From the NCBI GenBank assembly GCA_009781085.1, contig WQYV01000001.1, positions 5,438-69,437 on the forward strand: 64,000 bases of DNA. The letters run 5' to 3'. The DNA comes from Betaproteobacteria bacterium. GTDB taxonomy: Bacteria > Pseudomonadota > Gammaproteobacteria > Burkholderiales > Rhodocyclaceae. Position 1 is the first letter of the stretch. Every line of letters begins with the position of its first letter. A model generated the notes under the pieces. It was given only the letters and a program-made list of their open reading frames with translations. It ran no database searches and was not told the origin of the DNA. Below are positions 63,609-64,000 of this stretch, piece by piece. The position numbers were made by a program, and so were the translations under genes.

Positions 63609-64000
63609 ATGATGGCGACGCAAATCATCTTTACCCATCTCACTTCACACAATAACCCACGGGTCAGATTATTCGCGTCGCTCGCTTCGATGCCACGCGG
63701 GCGCCGTAAATTTGGGCAAACCCTGCTCGACGGCACGCATTTGCTTGGTTGTGCCCTTGATGCGGGTTTTACCCTACTCGACGTTTGTGTGTCCGAAAGC
63801 AAGTGTGATAACCCCGAGATCCTTGCTTTGCTCGCCTGCCTGCCTGCCGGAGAGCCCCCGATTTGCGTGCCCGACGCGCTTTTTGCGCATCTAAGCCCGG
63901 TCGATACGCCCACGGGCATCCTCGCACGCATCGCGTTGCCGCTGCCCGGCCCGCAGGAGGCGGTGGAGCGGGAAACGCTCATCGTGCTCGATGCCATTCA
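63609..64000 (+). CDS. TrmH/SpoU-family RNA methyltransferase, 3'-truncated by window edge
   Basis: Manual translation from ATG 63609 gives TSHNNPRV, LDGTHL, LSPVDTPTGILA and LIVLDAI. This gene normally follows rnhB, and it is absent from the ORF track because it has no stop in the window. Confidence 0.85.
   Translation, partial: MMATQIIFTHLTSHNNPRVRLFASLASMPRGRRKFGQTLLDGTHLLGCALDAGFTLLDVCVSESKCDNPEILALLACLPAGEPPICVPDALFAHLSPVDTPTGILARIALPLPGPQEAVERETLIVLDAI

Noticed and set aside
1-64000. CRISPR array, tRNA, rRNA or intact transposase
   Set aside because: No regularly spaced direct repeats, tRNA or rRNA signatures, or transposase ORFs were seen.

Overview
GC-rich (about 60% by eye) betaproteobacterial chromosome segment. 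Gene order suggests Rhodocyclales, which is an inference. It is mostly core genes: slt (5'-partial), cca, alaS, rlmD, mutL, PIN-PhoH, ppk1/ppx, etfBA with an acyl-CoA dehydrogenase, pilA, a PPIase, yciB, rnf/rsxABCDGE-nth, pyrD, dusB-fis-purH-purD, the rpsB-tsf-pyrH-frr-uppS-cdsA-dxr-rseP-bamA-skp-lpxD-fabZ-lpxA-lpxB-rnhB cluster, and a 3'-partial TrmH-family gene. Several AT-rich accessory patches interrupt this backbone. The most notable is a ~6 kb low-GC, translationally coupled three-gene signalling module (REC-HD-GYP phosphodiesterase, degenerate diacylglycerol-kinase-family protein, multi-TM unorthodox hybrid histidine kinase) between pyrD and purD. Other patches hold a lone PD-(D/E)XK-like gene, a miniaturised MCP-like gene, an unannotated 54-aa ORF behind two PhaR-like boxes, an orphan truncated Rap1a/Tai-like gene beside a Sel1-repeat gene, and a THxN-type PEP-CTERM gene with a sigma-54 promoter. 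The pilA locus is bracketed by IS3-like terminal repeats that both abut the same REP-like hairpin sequence. A probable group IIC intron 5' remnant lies at ~47.0 kb. No tRNA, rRNA, CRISPR array, integrase or intact transposase was seen. Motif matches to families come from recall; no database searches were run.
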